64,000 nt of DNA from Antedon mediterranea (Eukaryota > Animalia > Echinodermata), in the NCBI RefSeq assembly GCF_964355755.1, contig NC_092676.1:18060871-18124870 (forward strand), in the 5' to 3' direction. Below the pieces are notes generated by a model, which saw only the letters and a list, made by a program, of their open reading frames with translations, searched no databases and had not been told where the DNA came from. Position 1 is the first letter of the stretch. Each line of letters starts with the position of its first letter. The translations under genes were made by a program, and so were the position numbers. Of the stretch, positions 39,101-52,637 are shown piece after piece.

Positions 39101-40316
39101 TTGGCCATAGAAACAGAAATTGAGCTAAAAAAAACAATGTTAAAGTGAAATCCTTAATCAGACATTAAACAAAAAATCATTTGAATATCATTACATTTCA
39201 AATATATATTTTTTATTTTTGCTGTTTTATTTATTCAGTTGAAAATTCCATGGACACCTTATACTGTATGCCAGTATAAAGGAAGTCATTAAATTGTATT
39301 AAAAGTTAGTAATAGAAACCACGAAAGAAATCAGTCAATACTAAATACGAGCATTAAGCAAGTATAAGGTTCATTAAACTTACTGATTTCACAATGAAGA
39401 CCAACATATTTATCAGGACAAACACATGTATCATTTGACATGTGACATGTACCTCCATTCTGACATGGATTGCTGTTACACATAGTATCATCAGTTCCTA
39501 ACAAAATAAAACAAACTGTTAAAGTGAGAATTACACACACTATCTTTGATTATAATATTTCTATATACCACAGCCTATACTTTACTATACAGTATATTCT
39601 ATTCAAGTTAATAGACTTTTTCATTGAATTCAATCTAAAAGAGCCAATCTCATTTTAATACAAAAAAAAGAAAGTATGGTAATTGAGTCTAAATTGACAT
39701 GTAGGCCTACTAAAGTGATAACTTTGTCAAAGTGTAGATACTCAGAACGAATGAAAAGTAAATTATGAAGAAACTCAAAAGAACTTTACATACTTTATTT
39801 AAAGGTAATCAATATTACAGTAAATTGTACAATTCATTTTCCAAATAACAAAATAAAATGCTATAAAATAATAAACGTAATTGATTGAAGACTAAAGTTT
39901 TAAGGGGTTATTCACCAATTAGAAATCTTTTTACCACTTATTTACGGCTAGTCCAGTAAAAATTGTGAATTTACTACATAACAAGTAACGACTACATAAT
40001 AGACATGCATGTTATTGCTTAAACATAGTTATGGGACCTACAGATAATATGATCAAACAAAACCTGCTAACCACAAACTTTTATCTGTATAAATAACATC
40101 TTCCAATTTAAATTTCAAAGAAAACAATTTTGTTATAAAACTTTTGTAAAGAATATCAAACAACACAAAAAAAAACATTAAAAAAAATTTGTTCTCAAAC
40201 AGTCGATTAATCCTACTCATGCTGCTACACAATCAAAATAAATGAATCATACCATTTGTGGAACAACTACACAATTTGAATCCAACAAAAATTATAATGC
40301 ACTGCAAGGTAAACAT
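20186..40316 (-). CDS. Complete multi-exon EGF-LRR-7TM receptor, GRL101/LGR-like GPCR (copy A, ~797 aa)
   Basis: Exons with AG/GT borders and consistent phase: 40316-40253 (signal peptide [21 protein letters not shown]), 39497-39384 (EGF), 38886-38739 (LRRNT, CPIDCIC...C), 37231-37160 (LRR1). Then 12 x 72-nt cassettes: 33739-33668, 32845-32774, 30739-30668, 28919-28848, 28062-27991, 27043-26972, 26148-26077, 25284-25213, 24424-24353, 23531-23460, 22775-22704, 22548-22477. Then 22147-22073 (75 nt), 21709-21638 and 21170-20186 (7TM). Sum is 2394 nt = 798 codons including the stop. Confidence 0.85.
27259..27328 (-). pseudogene. Donor-less LRR pseudo-exon
   Basis: Acceptor intact; reads [23 protein letters not shown] deletion removed the exon 3' end and the GT donor. 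Confidence 0.8.
29390..29640 (-). mobile_element. RTE-like non-LTR retrotransposon 3' ORF fragment (representative copy; recurs in most cassette introns)
   Basis: Translation [11 protein letters not shown]...[13 protein letters not shown]...RPKTTW matches the C-terminal pattern of RTE-clade ORFs (W..I.N..L, RRL.W.GH, RP..TW). Confidence 0.75.
31074..32550 (+). mobile_element. Helentron/Helitron2-like non-autonomous element
   Basis: 5' hairpin aggttatatgcat/atgcatataacct; the same motif is inverted near the 3' end; then stem-loop taattcgtca-tag-tgacgaatta and CTAG. Inserted without TSD into gactta|tttatt. Confidence 0.8.
33927..34003 (-). pseudogene. Damaged LRR exon ([23 protein letters not shown]); native donor lost
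   Basis: The homolog in copy B (63578-63649) is intact. Here the exon is fused via an A8 run to an intronic cttac, giving 77 nt (out of frame). Confidence 0.7.
38295..38560. repeat. 67-bp minisatellite (4 copies)
   Basis: Homolog of 4245-5838, much shorter. Confidence 0.92.
39384..39497 (-). CDS. EGF-like domain exon (copy A)
   Basis: 114 nt, phase 1-1, [31 protein letters not shown]. Confidence 0.9.
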
Positions 40317-43300
40317 TTTATCAAAATCCTTAAACTCGCAATAGAAATCCCGCACAAATCGTAATAGAAATCGTAACAGAAATCCCGCACAACTCGTAAT
40401 AAAAATTCTGTACAAATCCTAACAGAAATCCTGCACAAATCGTAATAGAAATCCCACACAAATCGTAATAGAACCTTTAACTCAATCATTTGGTTTAATG
40501 CTAGATACATTATTGGAAAAGATACTTCATCAATTTTTAATAGTAAACTCTTTTTAAAAATTTATATAAATCACTCCACCAGACCATTTGTTCTTAATAA
40601 ACAGGATATGATGATCTTGGTGGATGTCAGAATATCTTCATCAATATGATATTTGTTTATTAATTCATTTTAACTTTTTCTCCATTTTAGTAACAAAACT
40701 ATAGGTTTAAAAAAAAGATCTTTTATAGTAGAACAAAATAATAATTCATCTTTAAAATCAAATACTGTTAAATACTACAGTAGTTGTGTATTTAGAAGTC
40801 CAGACGCATGCTTCGCAAAATCAAGAAGAAATTCACTACAAGTGACCAAGATTTTATTGCCCTCTCAATTTCTTGGATATGGCAGCCAAAATGATCAAAT
40901 ATCTAGAGACTTTACTGTTTATTAAACAACTAATGCCAAACATAGTTAAAAAAGTGTTTTGGGATTTATTGAAATACTCTTGATGTTTTAAACAAATTTA
41001 AAAGGTGTTCATCTCTTCTGACTGCATATTTAAACCAAATAAGATATAGTAGTCTTGCTAATTCAGTAATATCACTGAAACGCAACAAACATCAATCATA
41101 TTGATGAGGTGACCAAAACAAACCTTCCAACTCTGGATATCAAGAGGTTTTATGAAACTATACAGGGCGCTATAATAATACATCAAGTCACGGAGATGAC
41201 TCAAAATATCGGGAGACTATTGGGGAGTTGGGACGTCAAGAATTTTTCATTTTCTATGGATGGAAACTTTACAATTAGTATTCCTGAAATGGTGCTGTCC
41301 TTCCTGGCTATTACTGTAGTCCCCAGTAAAAGGAAATGTCACGACAAATATGGTCCTGGGCCAAAATCGGTTCGGACCGATTTTGGTGTGACAGGAATAT
41401 AAACCTAAACCTTCACAAACCGTAACCGTTTATAGTCACGGTAAATAAAGGTAAATCTAGGAACAAAGCAACTCCACCCACAATACATTTCCACTCACTG
41501 TATTACATTTAACCTTGCAAGATTTGATACAGGAAACACAAGAAAAATGATGAGATATTTTGACTACGTTGCAATCTTTGACAGTGTTTCCACATGAAAG
41601 ACTAATTCACAAGTTTACTTTTTATGTGATTCTCCTACTTTAAAGTACTTATGAGGCCTAATTCTAAGGTGTGGTATTCAGGATAAAGTCAAAATACTTA
41701 CAAGGCAGGTGCGAAAGGGAACAAGACTATTGCAGGCCTAGTGCCCACATAAATAAATAGTATAGGCCTAGGCCTACCAGAAATTTTTTATTAAAATATA
41801 TAAAAACACAACCAATTTCAAACGTCTAATAAAGGCATAGGCCCTCCACCTTTTGCCTAGGCCTGTGCTTAGGCTTATGCCTAGCTAGGCATAGTAGTAG
41901 AGGCCTAACCAGGTAGGTAGGGCCTATGGGAATAATCCGGGCCTATAGGATAGGCCTATCCTACCTATATAGCTAGCCTTATTAGGCTTAGGCCTAGAGG
42001 CCTAGCTAGGCATATTAATAAGCCAAAGCACAGGCCTAGGCAAAAAAGTGGAGGGCCTATATACATTTATACCAGAGTACCTGAACTTACAAGGAGATTT
42101 ACTATACTTAAATAATTCTAAAAGGTTTTAAAGATATAAACTTTAAAGATATTTTCAAGATCTTCCACGTGTTATTCATGATCTTCAAAACATTGAAATA
42201 TCGCCCTCAACTTTTAATGTGGAGTAAACTTTTAATGGTCTTTTACTGTTACATCATCAGAACCCCCTCTCAGTTAAATAGATTTTAGAAAAAGACACAT
42301 TTTAAATGATTACAAACAATAGGCCCTCAAAAAAAATACAAAAATGGCTGCATGTTTATATTTTTACCAGGCTCTGGTTATTAATAAGAACGAGCCTATG
42401 TACTGTCTATAGTTAAATAGCAAATAATTAAACGTTAATTAAAATTAAGCGTTACAGTACAGTAATTATTAATTAGATTTAGATTAATATTATTTGTTAT
42501 ATGAAAACAAAATGCTCACTTTCTGGACTCCATCATGTTTTAATTTTACATGTTTTAAGTGCATCCATGATAGTAAAATGACAAAAACAGAAAACGTAAT
42601 GAAAGACTAGTCATAATTACATTACCATTTTAAATCTCAAGCACAATCAAGAATAACAAGAGTGGCTCAGATAAAAGTCTCCGTCTGGAATTGATGGTCT
42701 GGAAAAAGGCCGCCGTTTGTCGGTGATTTTGATGTTTCAATTGGCTTTAGAATAAGATTACACTTTTTATAAAGGGAATGATTGGTAGAAGTTACCATAC
42801 CGCACATCATCGGATCATATGACCTTTACTCCATCACCCAACTCAACCATTTGAAAAATGACATGCTTGTTAATCACCATAGCAGCAATCTCTTGGGACC
42901 AAAATGTTAAAATTGTCTCAACAGGCATGTTTTTTTAGATCAACCTCTTGATTTCTCATCACCTTATTTCAGCTGGAATCCTCCTCCAAATGATTCCAAC
43001 GTTTGGTAGTTATAAACAACTGTACAAACTGGAAATGATAAGAAGTTTGAAATCCAAAAGTTTTAAGTATGTATGTGTTTAAGATTCATACATCCCATCT
43101 TCTCATATCTGCTACGTTATTAATAATAATAATAATGTTCAATTTACTATAGCGCAAAATGCAGACGCCTCTAAGCGCTGAACAATCAACGGAAAAAAGA
43201 AGAGCAAAAACTATAGAAATTGCAATTTAAAAAGATGGGATTTCATGAGTTGTTTGAATGTGGTGAGTGATTCAGTATTCCTGATATAACATGGAATGAC

Positions 43301-44286
43301 TTTGTTTAGTTCTTAACAGTTCGTGTATTGTAGGGGGTGTCTATAAAACTAAGATATCTTGGGTCTTACTTTTTCTTAGACAGTTCTTAGTTTTCTAGAC
43401 ACCCTATTTTAGGGGCCATCATGAGACAAACTTTTGCTTCTAATGAGAAGGTACCAGTTATTATTATTCACTGAATAAATATGGAATAAATAATTAATCC
43501 ACTTTTACTTTTCAGATTATTGGCATGAAAGAAACTGTAAATTAACCAAACGCTCTAAAACCTACCAACACTCAGTGTGTGTTTACCTGTATGTTTGCCT
43601 TTATGCTTTCCTGAATAGTAACATTGTAGGTTTGATAATTTTCTAGTCGATTGATTATTATGAAAATTAACCTGTTATATCATTCAAAGGTTGTAGATAT
43701 AATTATATTGCTGAATTTAATATTATGTTTTTAATAATTGATACTGTAATGTAATGGGATACAAAAAAACACCAATCATGATAAACAGGCAGAAATGCTA
43801 TGTTTAGTAAGTAGGTGGCAAGTAATATTAATAATTGGTAGACGTGACGAAATAGAGAAATCTCCAAGAAATGTTAATTGTTTTGTAACTTGGCAATAGT
43901 GATGCAGTTTCCCTGAAATAATAAAACTATGAGTTGAATTGAATCTGTTAATAAATAATCTGTAGTAATTCATTGATAATAGTTTATGATGATGGGCTGT
44001 TAAATTGCAAAATCGCAGAGTGTGGACACCCACCTCTTTTTCTACCTTTTGATTAAAAAAAACATTTTACAAAAACCCCGACATCATTGCCTACTCTCTG
44101 GCTCTCTGTCTATCTGTCTGAGATAGAATGTCCATCCGTCCGTCCCTTTTGTTAGCCTGTTAGTTGGCCACTGTGTATGCTTTCATTAATCATTTTGCTG
44201 TGATCGATTCGATGCATGTAATGTCCCAACTAAATGTATTTTATTGGCAAAATGTTTAATTAAAACAATCATCTAAACCTCACTAT

Positions 44287-45528
44287 CATTTAAATCATCA
44301 GTGGAGGCTGTAAATTGCGGAGTGCCTCAAGGGTCGGTTTTAGGACCACTACTATTTTTAATTTATGTAAATGATCTCTCTAGATCAAGTGACACTCTGA
44401 AAGTCATATCCTTTGCTGATGATACTACGATTTTGTTTTCTCATTCTGATATCAATGTCTTATATAACACCGTCAACACTGAACTAAATAAAATGACTGA
44501 CTGGTTCATCTCAAATAAGCTTATTGTTAATGGACAGAAAACTAATTACATTTTATTTCGTACTCAACAAAGACAAATTGATTTCTCTAATCTTAATATT
44601 TACATTAACAATAATATTATTGAACGTAAACCCGAAGTTCTATTCCTCGGAGTTTATCTACATGAATACTTGAGATGGACCAGTCATCAAGCGTATGTAT
44701 CTAAAAAGATATCTAAAGTAATTGGCATCCTTTGTAAATTAAGACACTTTTTTCCACAACATATCTTACTCTTGTTATATAACACCCTTATACAACCTCA
44801 TCTTCTTTATTGCAACATTATTTGGGCAGCCGACCACCCATCAAATTTAGAAAAACTTAATAAACAAATTAAACGTGCTGCCCGTATTATTACTTTCTCT
44901 CACTATCTCGCTCCTTCCCAACCTTTACTTAAAAAACTCAATATTCTTAGTCTACATGATCTATTTACAACATAAATTGCTTCCTTTATTTTTCAATTCT
45001 TTAATACCAAACTCCCTGTTACAATGTCTAATCTATTAAGTCATCATACAAAATCACACAAGTACTATTTACGTATCGACAATAAATTTCAGCATCTTGA
45101 TGTACCTCCTTTTAGACTGAAAATTTCCGAATATTTTGTTTCTGTTTCAGGACCGCGAATCTGGAATGATCTTGATGATAAACTAAAGCATTTTAAATCT
45201 CTTTATACTTTTCGTAAAAATTTTAAAAAATATCTTATTTCTTTATACTAATTTTAATATTATTATGATTGTAGTACACTGAAAGTATCTATTTTTATTT
45301 CATCGTTTTTTGTTTTTATTTATTATTTTATGTAGTAAATCGTATTAGTTTAAATGTATGTGTATTGTTTCTGGGGTCTTTCTCGAGACAAGAAACTTGT
45401 TTTCTTCTAGAGAAGACCCCAAATGATGGCTTATTACTATGTTTTCATTTATGTACACACCTATAATTATATTATACTGTATAATGCCATTGTTGAATAA
45501 ATAAATGTTTTTTGAACTTTGAACTTGA
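44287..45528 (+). mobile_element. 5'-truncated CR1/L2-group LINE (RT C-terminal half)
   Basis: GVPQGSVLGPLLF, FADDT, LGV. The ORF continues in frame past a single TAA (44973-44975) to 45251. AATAAA plus (TTGAAC)n tail, ACTAT duplication, absent at ~11895. Confidence 0.93.
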
Positions 45529-46888
45529 ACTATTAACATGGTATGAATCGGTACATATATTGCACTTCCTATCTTAAGCTCTGTCTACACTATCAAACTT
45601 TATGTGAAAAAAATGTGATGTGCCCAAATATGGTAGTGATATGCCCAAATATGGTAGTGATATGACACCATCCTGTCCATATATGGACAGTGGGCACATC
45701 ACATTGTTTGTTGCATAAAGTTTGATGAAATAAATCAAAACTCCCCAGCGGCCACCATAGGAATTCCCAATCCTAAAGTTATTCCCAAGCTTCTTACACT
45801 TTGATGTTTATTTTTCTTTTAATAAAAATTGATTTATATCTAATAATCACAAGAAACTTTATCAATCACAAATTGTTTTATTTCAAAGCCTGTGTTAACA
45901 CACAATCAAATGTAATCTGAGTAAGGTAGGTTTATAAGTACATTTAATGATCTAATAGGTACACCGGTCGATAGCGACGCATGCGGATCTCATCAATCAT
46001 AAAACACGAATTTATTTGATTTTAAACATTATCAATTTACTCAATAATAAGTATAGACTGCATAACACCATTGAAAAGTGCCACTGTCGGACATATTCCA
46101 AAACAGCAACATGTCATAGTAAATCAATAGTGTAGGCCTATATAAATCGCCCAACAATCAGTACAATACAGTACAGTATATATAATATATATATATAATA
46201 TATATATATATAATATATATATATAATATATATATATAATATATATATATAATATATATATTATAATTGGAATCTGCCGCAACACAGTATACATTGTGTT
46301 TATGAACACATTTTGTAATCTGAAATGGTAATTATAAAAACCATAGAGGTGAAATATATATATATTTTTATTTAATTATTTTTTAGCGAATCAAACAAAT
46401 TGCTAAAATGACATAATTCAAAATTGTCGTAGTCCACACCGATGGTACTTATTGGATCCTTACGCTAAGCATAAATCAAGATATGTATAAATCATCAATA
46501 ACCTGGAATCCGAGTATAGTAAGTAAACGATCAAAAAGCACCTTATAGTCGAGCTCGGCACCTACTCTAATAACTCTACGTATTTTTTCGCTAATAGTCT
46601 ATACGCATGCTATAGCAAGTTATACTCATTTTTAGTGCATGTTCAACTGAACACATGTTATAAATGTATTTCCTGGGAAATTAACATTAGAAATCAAATA
46701 CATTTCAATTCGTTATACTTTTGATCAAATATTCAAACTAGAATGTTAATTTGAATCGACGAAGACAAAGCTTATTTAATCATTTACAGTAAGGATTAAT
46801 AGAGATAGAAAATAGAATAAAAAAAAGTGTACACAACATCAAACAAGAGTCTGCATATAAAGTAAATGATCAAATGAGCATCTCGTTG

Positions 46889-49752
46889 AATAAGTGGTGA
46901 ACCAATACATTTGGCTAACCGTGCTTAACTGATGTATGTACATAATAAGTGGTGCACCAATACATTTGGCTAACTGTGCTTAACTGATGTATGTACATAA
47001 TAAGCGGTGCACCAATACACTTGGCTAACCGTGCTTAACCGATGGATGTACATAATAAGCGGTGAACCAATACATTTGGCTAACTGTGCTCAACCGCTGT
47101 ATGTACATAATAAGCGGTGCACCAATATATTTGGCTAACTGTGCTCAACTGATGTATGTACATAATAAGTGGTGCACCAATACATGTGGCTAACCGTGCT
47201 TAACTGATGTATGTACATAATAAGTGGTGCACCAATACATTTGGCTAACTGTGCTTAACTGATGTATGTACATAATAAGCGGTGCACCAATACATTTGGC
47301 TAACCGTGCTTAACTGATGTATGTACATAATAAGCGGTGAACCAATACATTTGGCTAACTGTGCTTAACTGATGTATGTACATAATAAGCGGTGAACCAA
47401 TACATTTGGCTAACCATGCTCAACTGATGTATGTACATAATAAGTGGTGCACCAATACATTTGGCTAACCGTGCTTAACTGATGTATGTACATAATAAGC
47501 GGTGAACCAATACATTTAGCTAACCGTGCTTAACCGATGTATGTACATAATAAGCGGTGCACCAATACATTTAGCTAACCGTGCTTAACTGATGTATGTA
47601 CATAATAAGCGGTGAACCAATACATTTGGCTAACCGTGCTTAACCGATATATGTACATAATAAGCGGTGCACCAATACATTTAGCTAACCGTGCTTAACT
47701 GATGTATGTACATAATAAGCGGTGAACCAATACATTTGGCTAACCATGCTTAACTGATGTATGTACATAATAAGCGGTGCACCAATACATTTAGCTAACC
47801 GTGCTTAACTGATGTATGTACATAATAAGCGGTGCACCAATACATTTGGCTAACCGTGCTTAACTGATGTATGTACATAATAAGCGGTGCACCAATACAT
47901 TTAGCTAACCGTGCTCAACTGATGTATGTACATAATAAGTGGTGCACCAATACATTTAGCTAACCGTGCTCAACCGCTGTATGCACATAATAAGCGGTGA
48001 ACCAATACATTTGGCTAACTGTGCTCAACTGATGTATGCACATAATAAGCGGTGCACCAATACATTTGGCTAACCGTGCTCAACCGCTGTATGTACATAA
48101 TAAGCGGTGAACCAATACATTTGGCTAACCGTGCTCAACCGCTGTATGTACATAATAAGCGGTGCACCAATACATTTGGCTAACCGTGCTCAACCGCTGT
48201 ATGTACATAATAAGCGGTGAACCAATACATTTGGCTAACCGTGCTCAACCGCTGTATGTACATAATAAGCGGTGCACCAATACATTTGGCTAACCGTGCT
48301 CAACTGATGTATGTACATAATAAGCGGTGCACCAATACATTTGGCTAACCGTGCTTAACTGATGTATGCACATAATAAGCGGTGCACCAATACATTTGGC
48401 TAACCGTGCTCAACCGCTGTATGTACATAATAAGCGGTGCACCAATACATTTGGCTAACCGTGCTTAACTGATGTATGTACATAATAAGCGGTGAACCAA
48501 TACATTTGGCTAACCGTGCTCAACTGCTGTATGTACATAATAAGCGGTGCACCATTACATTTAGCTAACCGTGCTCAACTGATGTATGTACATAATAAGC
48601 GGTGCACCAATACATTTGGCTAACCGTGCTTAACTGATGTATGTACATAATAAGCGGTGAACCAATACATTTGGCTAACCGTGCTTAACTGATGTATGTA
48701 CATAATATGCGGTGCACCAATACATTTGGCTAACCGTGCTTAACTGATGTATGTACATAATAAGCGGTGAACCAATACATTTGGCTAACCGTGCTCAACT
48801 GATGTATGTACATAATAAGCGGTGCACCAATACATTTGGCTAACCGTGCTTAACTGATGTATGTACATAATATTGCGGTGCACCAATACATTTGGCTAAC
48901 CGTGCTTAACTGATGTATGCACATAATAAGCGGTGCACCAATACATTTGGCTAACCGTGCTCAACCGCTGTATGTACATAATAAGCGGTGCACCAATACA
49001 TTTGGCTAACCGTGCTTAACTGATGTATGTATATAATAAGCGGTGAACCAATACATTTGGCTAACGGTGCTCAACCGCTGTATGTACATAATAAGCGGTG
49101 CACCAATACATTTAGCTAACCGTGCTCAACTGATGTATGTACATATTAAGCGTTGCACCAATACATTTGGCTAACCGTGCTTAACTGATGTATGTACATA
49201 ATAAGCGGTGAACCAATACATTTGGCTAACCGTGCTTAACTGATGTATGTACATAATATGCGGTGCACCAATACATTTGGCTAACCGTGCTTAACTGATG
49301 TATGTACATAATAAGCGGTGCACCAATACATTTGGCTAACCGTGCTCAACTGATGTATGTACATAATAAGCGGTGCACCAATACATTTGGCTAACCCTGC
49401 TTAACTGATGTATGTACATAATAAGCGGTGAACCAATACATTTGGCTAACCGTGCTTAACTGATGTATGTACATAATATGCGGTGCACCAATACATTTGG
49501 CTAAACGTGCTTAACTGATGTATGTACATAATAAGCGGTGAACCAATACATTTGGCTAACCGTGCTCAACTGATGTATGTACATAATAAGCGGTGCACCA
49601 ATACATTTGGCTAACCGTGCTTAACTGATGTATGTACATAATAAGCGGTGCACCAATACATTTGGCTAACCGTGCTTAACTGATGTATGTACATAATAAG
49701 CGGTGCACCAATACATTTGGCTAACTGTGCTTAACTGATGTATGTACATAAT
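46889..49752. repeat. 55-bp tandem satellite (~52 copies)
   Basis: Same unit and largely the same order of variants as 13301-16111. Confidence 0.97.
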
Positions 49753-51652
49753 ACATGTAGCAGTTAAAAACAAAGAGTGTATACAGGCCTACAAATGTGA
49801 ACACATATTGTAAATATTACCTGACTAACATTCAAAAACCAAATTTGTTTTAACTGAAATATTTCAATTAAGACTGCTTAGCATCATCAAAAGCTCTGCA
49901 ATCAAACACGCGCATGGTACACTTATTTAATAATTACAGCAAACATAATAACAACAAAAAATATATATTAAAAGGTAGTGTATAACGGTTGCAATCCGAG
50001 TTGGTTCTAAACTGCCTCGGTCCAAAGTCAAGTTTAGGGGCGACTTAAACGGCTACCATATAAACTATAGTAAAATATTGCACTCATTAACATTTTTATC
50101 ACACATGTTATTTACAAGAAATATTCAATTGTTCTGTATGTAAGTGATGGACAATACAATAAATAACAATATAGCCACATAAATGCCTATATAGCTTCAA
50201 TATACCGAGTATCACAAACATTACAATTAAGATATACAATTTATTTTAACGAGAGTGCAAAAAATAGTAGGTACATTAATTATAAGTAAGTGAAAACAAT
50301 ACAATAAATAACAATGATAGGTATTTGTAACAATCTATATTTATAAATTTAAATCAAGATATAATCATTAAACGATAACAAGACAGTAGGTTAAATAGGT
50401 GAATTATGTAGAATTGATTTGAATACAAACATCACAAAATATGATTTTAACATTGCTTCAAGCAATGTTAAAATCATATTAAACAAATATGTTAATAAAG
50501 TAAATATTTTTTTTTTTCAATATTTTTCTATTGTAATAAACATATTGACATTATAATTACAATCAAGAGCAACATTAATATATCAAATATTAGAGGTCTA
50601 CACCATATAAATAAGTGATGTACAATTAATAAATAATAATATAGCCACATAATGCCTATATAGCTTCAAACACAAACATTACAATTAAGAAATACAATTT
50701 ATTTTAACGAGAGTGCAAAAAATAGTAGGTACATTTAAATTATAAGTAAGTGAAAACAATACAATAAATAACAATGATAGGTATTTGTAACAATCTATAT
50801 TTATAAATTTAAAATTAAAATCAAGATATAATCATTAAACGATAACAAGACAGTAGGTTAAACAGGTAAATTATGTAGAATTGATTTGAATACAAACATC
50901 ACAAAATATGATTTTAACAATGCTTCAAGCGATGTTAAAATCATATTAAACAAATGTATTAATAAAGTAAATATTTTTTTTTTCAATATTTTCTATTATA
51001 ATAAACATATTGACATTATAATTACAATCAAAAGCAACAGTAATATATTCTATATATACAGTGTAAAATAAATAAATTATTAAATATTATATTCTATATG
51101 TCAAATAATTAATCTATACATTTCTATATTTAAGAATTAGATAACATAACATTTAAGAGTGAAAATGAATACATGGAAATGGATTCATGTATAGTATAAT
51201 CCTTCATCACATTGTAATAATATAAATATATATGAAATACATTAAATCTAATTATATGCATGGAACAACTGTGGTAATTAAAACAAATGTATTAATTATT
51301 AAAGTGCAATAATAAGAATAATCAAACATTTGTTAAACTTTGGAATGAGTGCATTGGCACTCAATCTATGAAAGTCAGTGCATCAAAACATCAAGATATT
51401 ACACATGATATATCACAACAAATTTACAATAAAATACAGCAACAATACCAAACAGCCACAAGAATACATTTCCTGAAAAGTACAACTCAACCCTAAAAGT
51501 TATATGCGGGTTGAAATAGTACTTTTGGCTGACTTTAACAATAAACAGATTAAATGCAAGGAACAATGCAATTTTTAAACAGAATGCAGATAGAAAGTAC
51601 AAGATACTATACAACTATAAATTTATAACCTCGATCCACTGACATTAAAGCC

Positions 51653-52637
51653 TTAACGGTTTGTTTTTTCGCTTGAACACGTATATATGATCGTGTACAG
51701 ATACGGATTAACTGCCGAGTTGATCGGTAAAATGAAGGTTGCTGCCCAAACATATATTTCTGCAGGGATATTCCAATGTTTAGTTTCCGAGCAAATTCCC
51801 ATTAAAATTATGGGAAACCAGCAACAAAAATCTGTACCAATTATAAACACTAGCTTCCATGCAATTCGCAACTGTTCTTCAAGGCTTTTCCTTCTATTAA
51901 CAGTCGCTGATGATCTTTTCACAGAAAAAAATATTGTGAGATAACTAACGACCATGACCAAGAAACCGAAACCGTTAAATGCAATGAAGATAGCAGTGGC
52001 ATACTCCCAGCCTGGTAAATGACTTCGAGTTAGCGGTAACGGAAGGCAGACACTCTGTTTACCATAGTAGTTCTGTCCAAAGTAAGGCAGGTCGATAAAG
52101 CTCAGTTTATTTGCAGCTACCGGTAAGAAACTGATAGCAGCAATAACAACCCAAGCAATGACGATGACTATTTTGCATGTTTTACGACTGAGACGTCTAG
52201 TGTTAAAAGGACTAACAATGTTTACAGCCCGGTCGACGCTCATAACCATCAACGTAAACACCGAGCATTCACTGGAAAGAGTAGAAATAGCACCTGCAAA
52301 ACTGCAAGTGAAACTACTTTTCCAATATTCTAGAACTTCCGAGTATCTACCTCTATAGTGAATATCAGCCCCTGCAATAATTAGCAGATACATTGCCATA
52401 AGTAGATCAGAGATGGCAAGACTGGAGATCAGCATGGAATCAACAGTTTTCTCTTTATTGCAACACCTCGATATGAGAACAAGTGCATTGCCAATAATGG
52501 AGGAAACACCAATTACGAGCATCAACACCCGAAGCGATTTCCTTTTTAGTAAATCTTGGCATGATGCGAAAGCATCAGTGGGTTCACAGATCTCAATGTC
52601 ACCAACAACACAACACAGATGGAAAAAATCTGAATAA
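51653..52637 (-). CDS. Terminal hinge + 7TM exon of copy B
   Basis: 985 nt, same length as in copy A and nearly identical. Amino-acid changes seen in the ORF track: E->Q, R->W, D->N. Confidence 0.95.
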
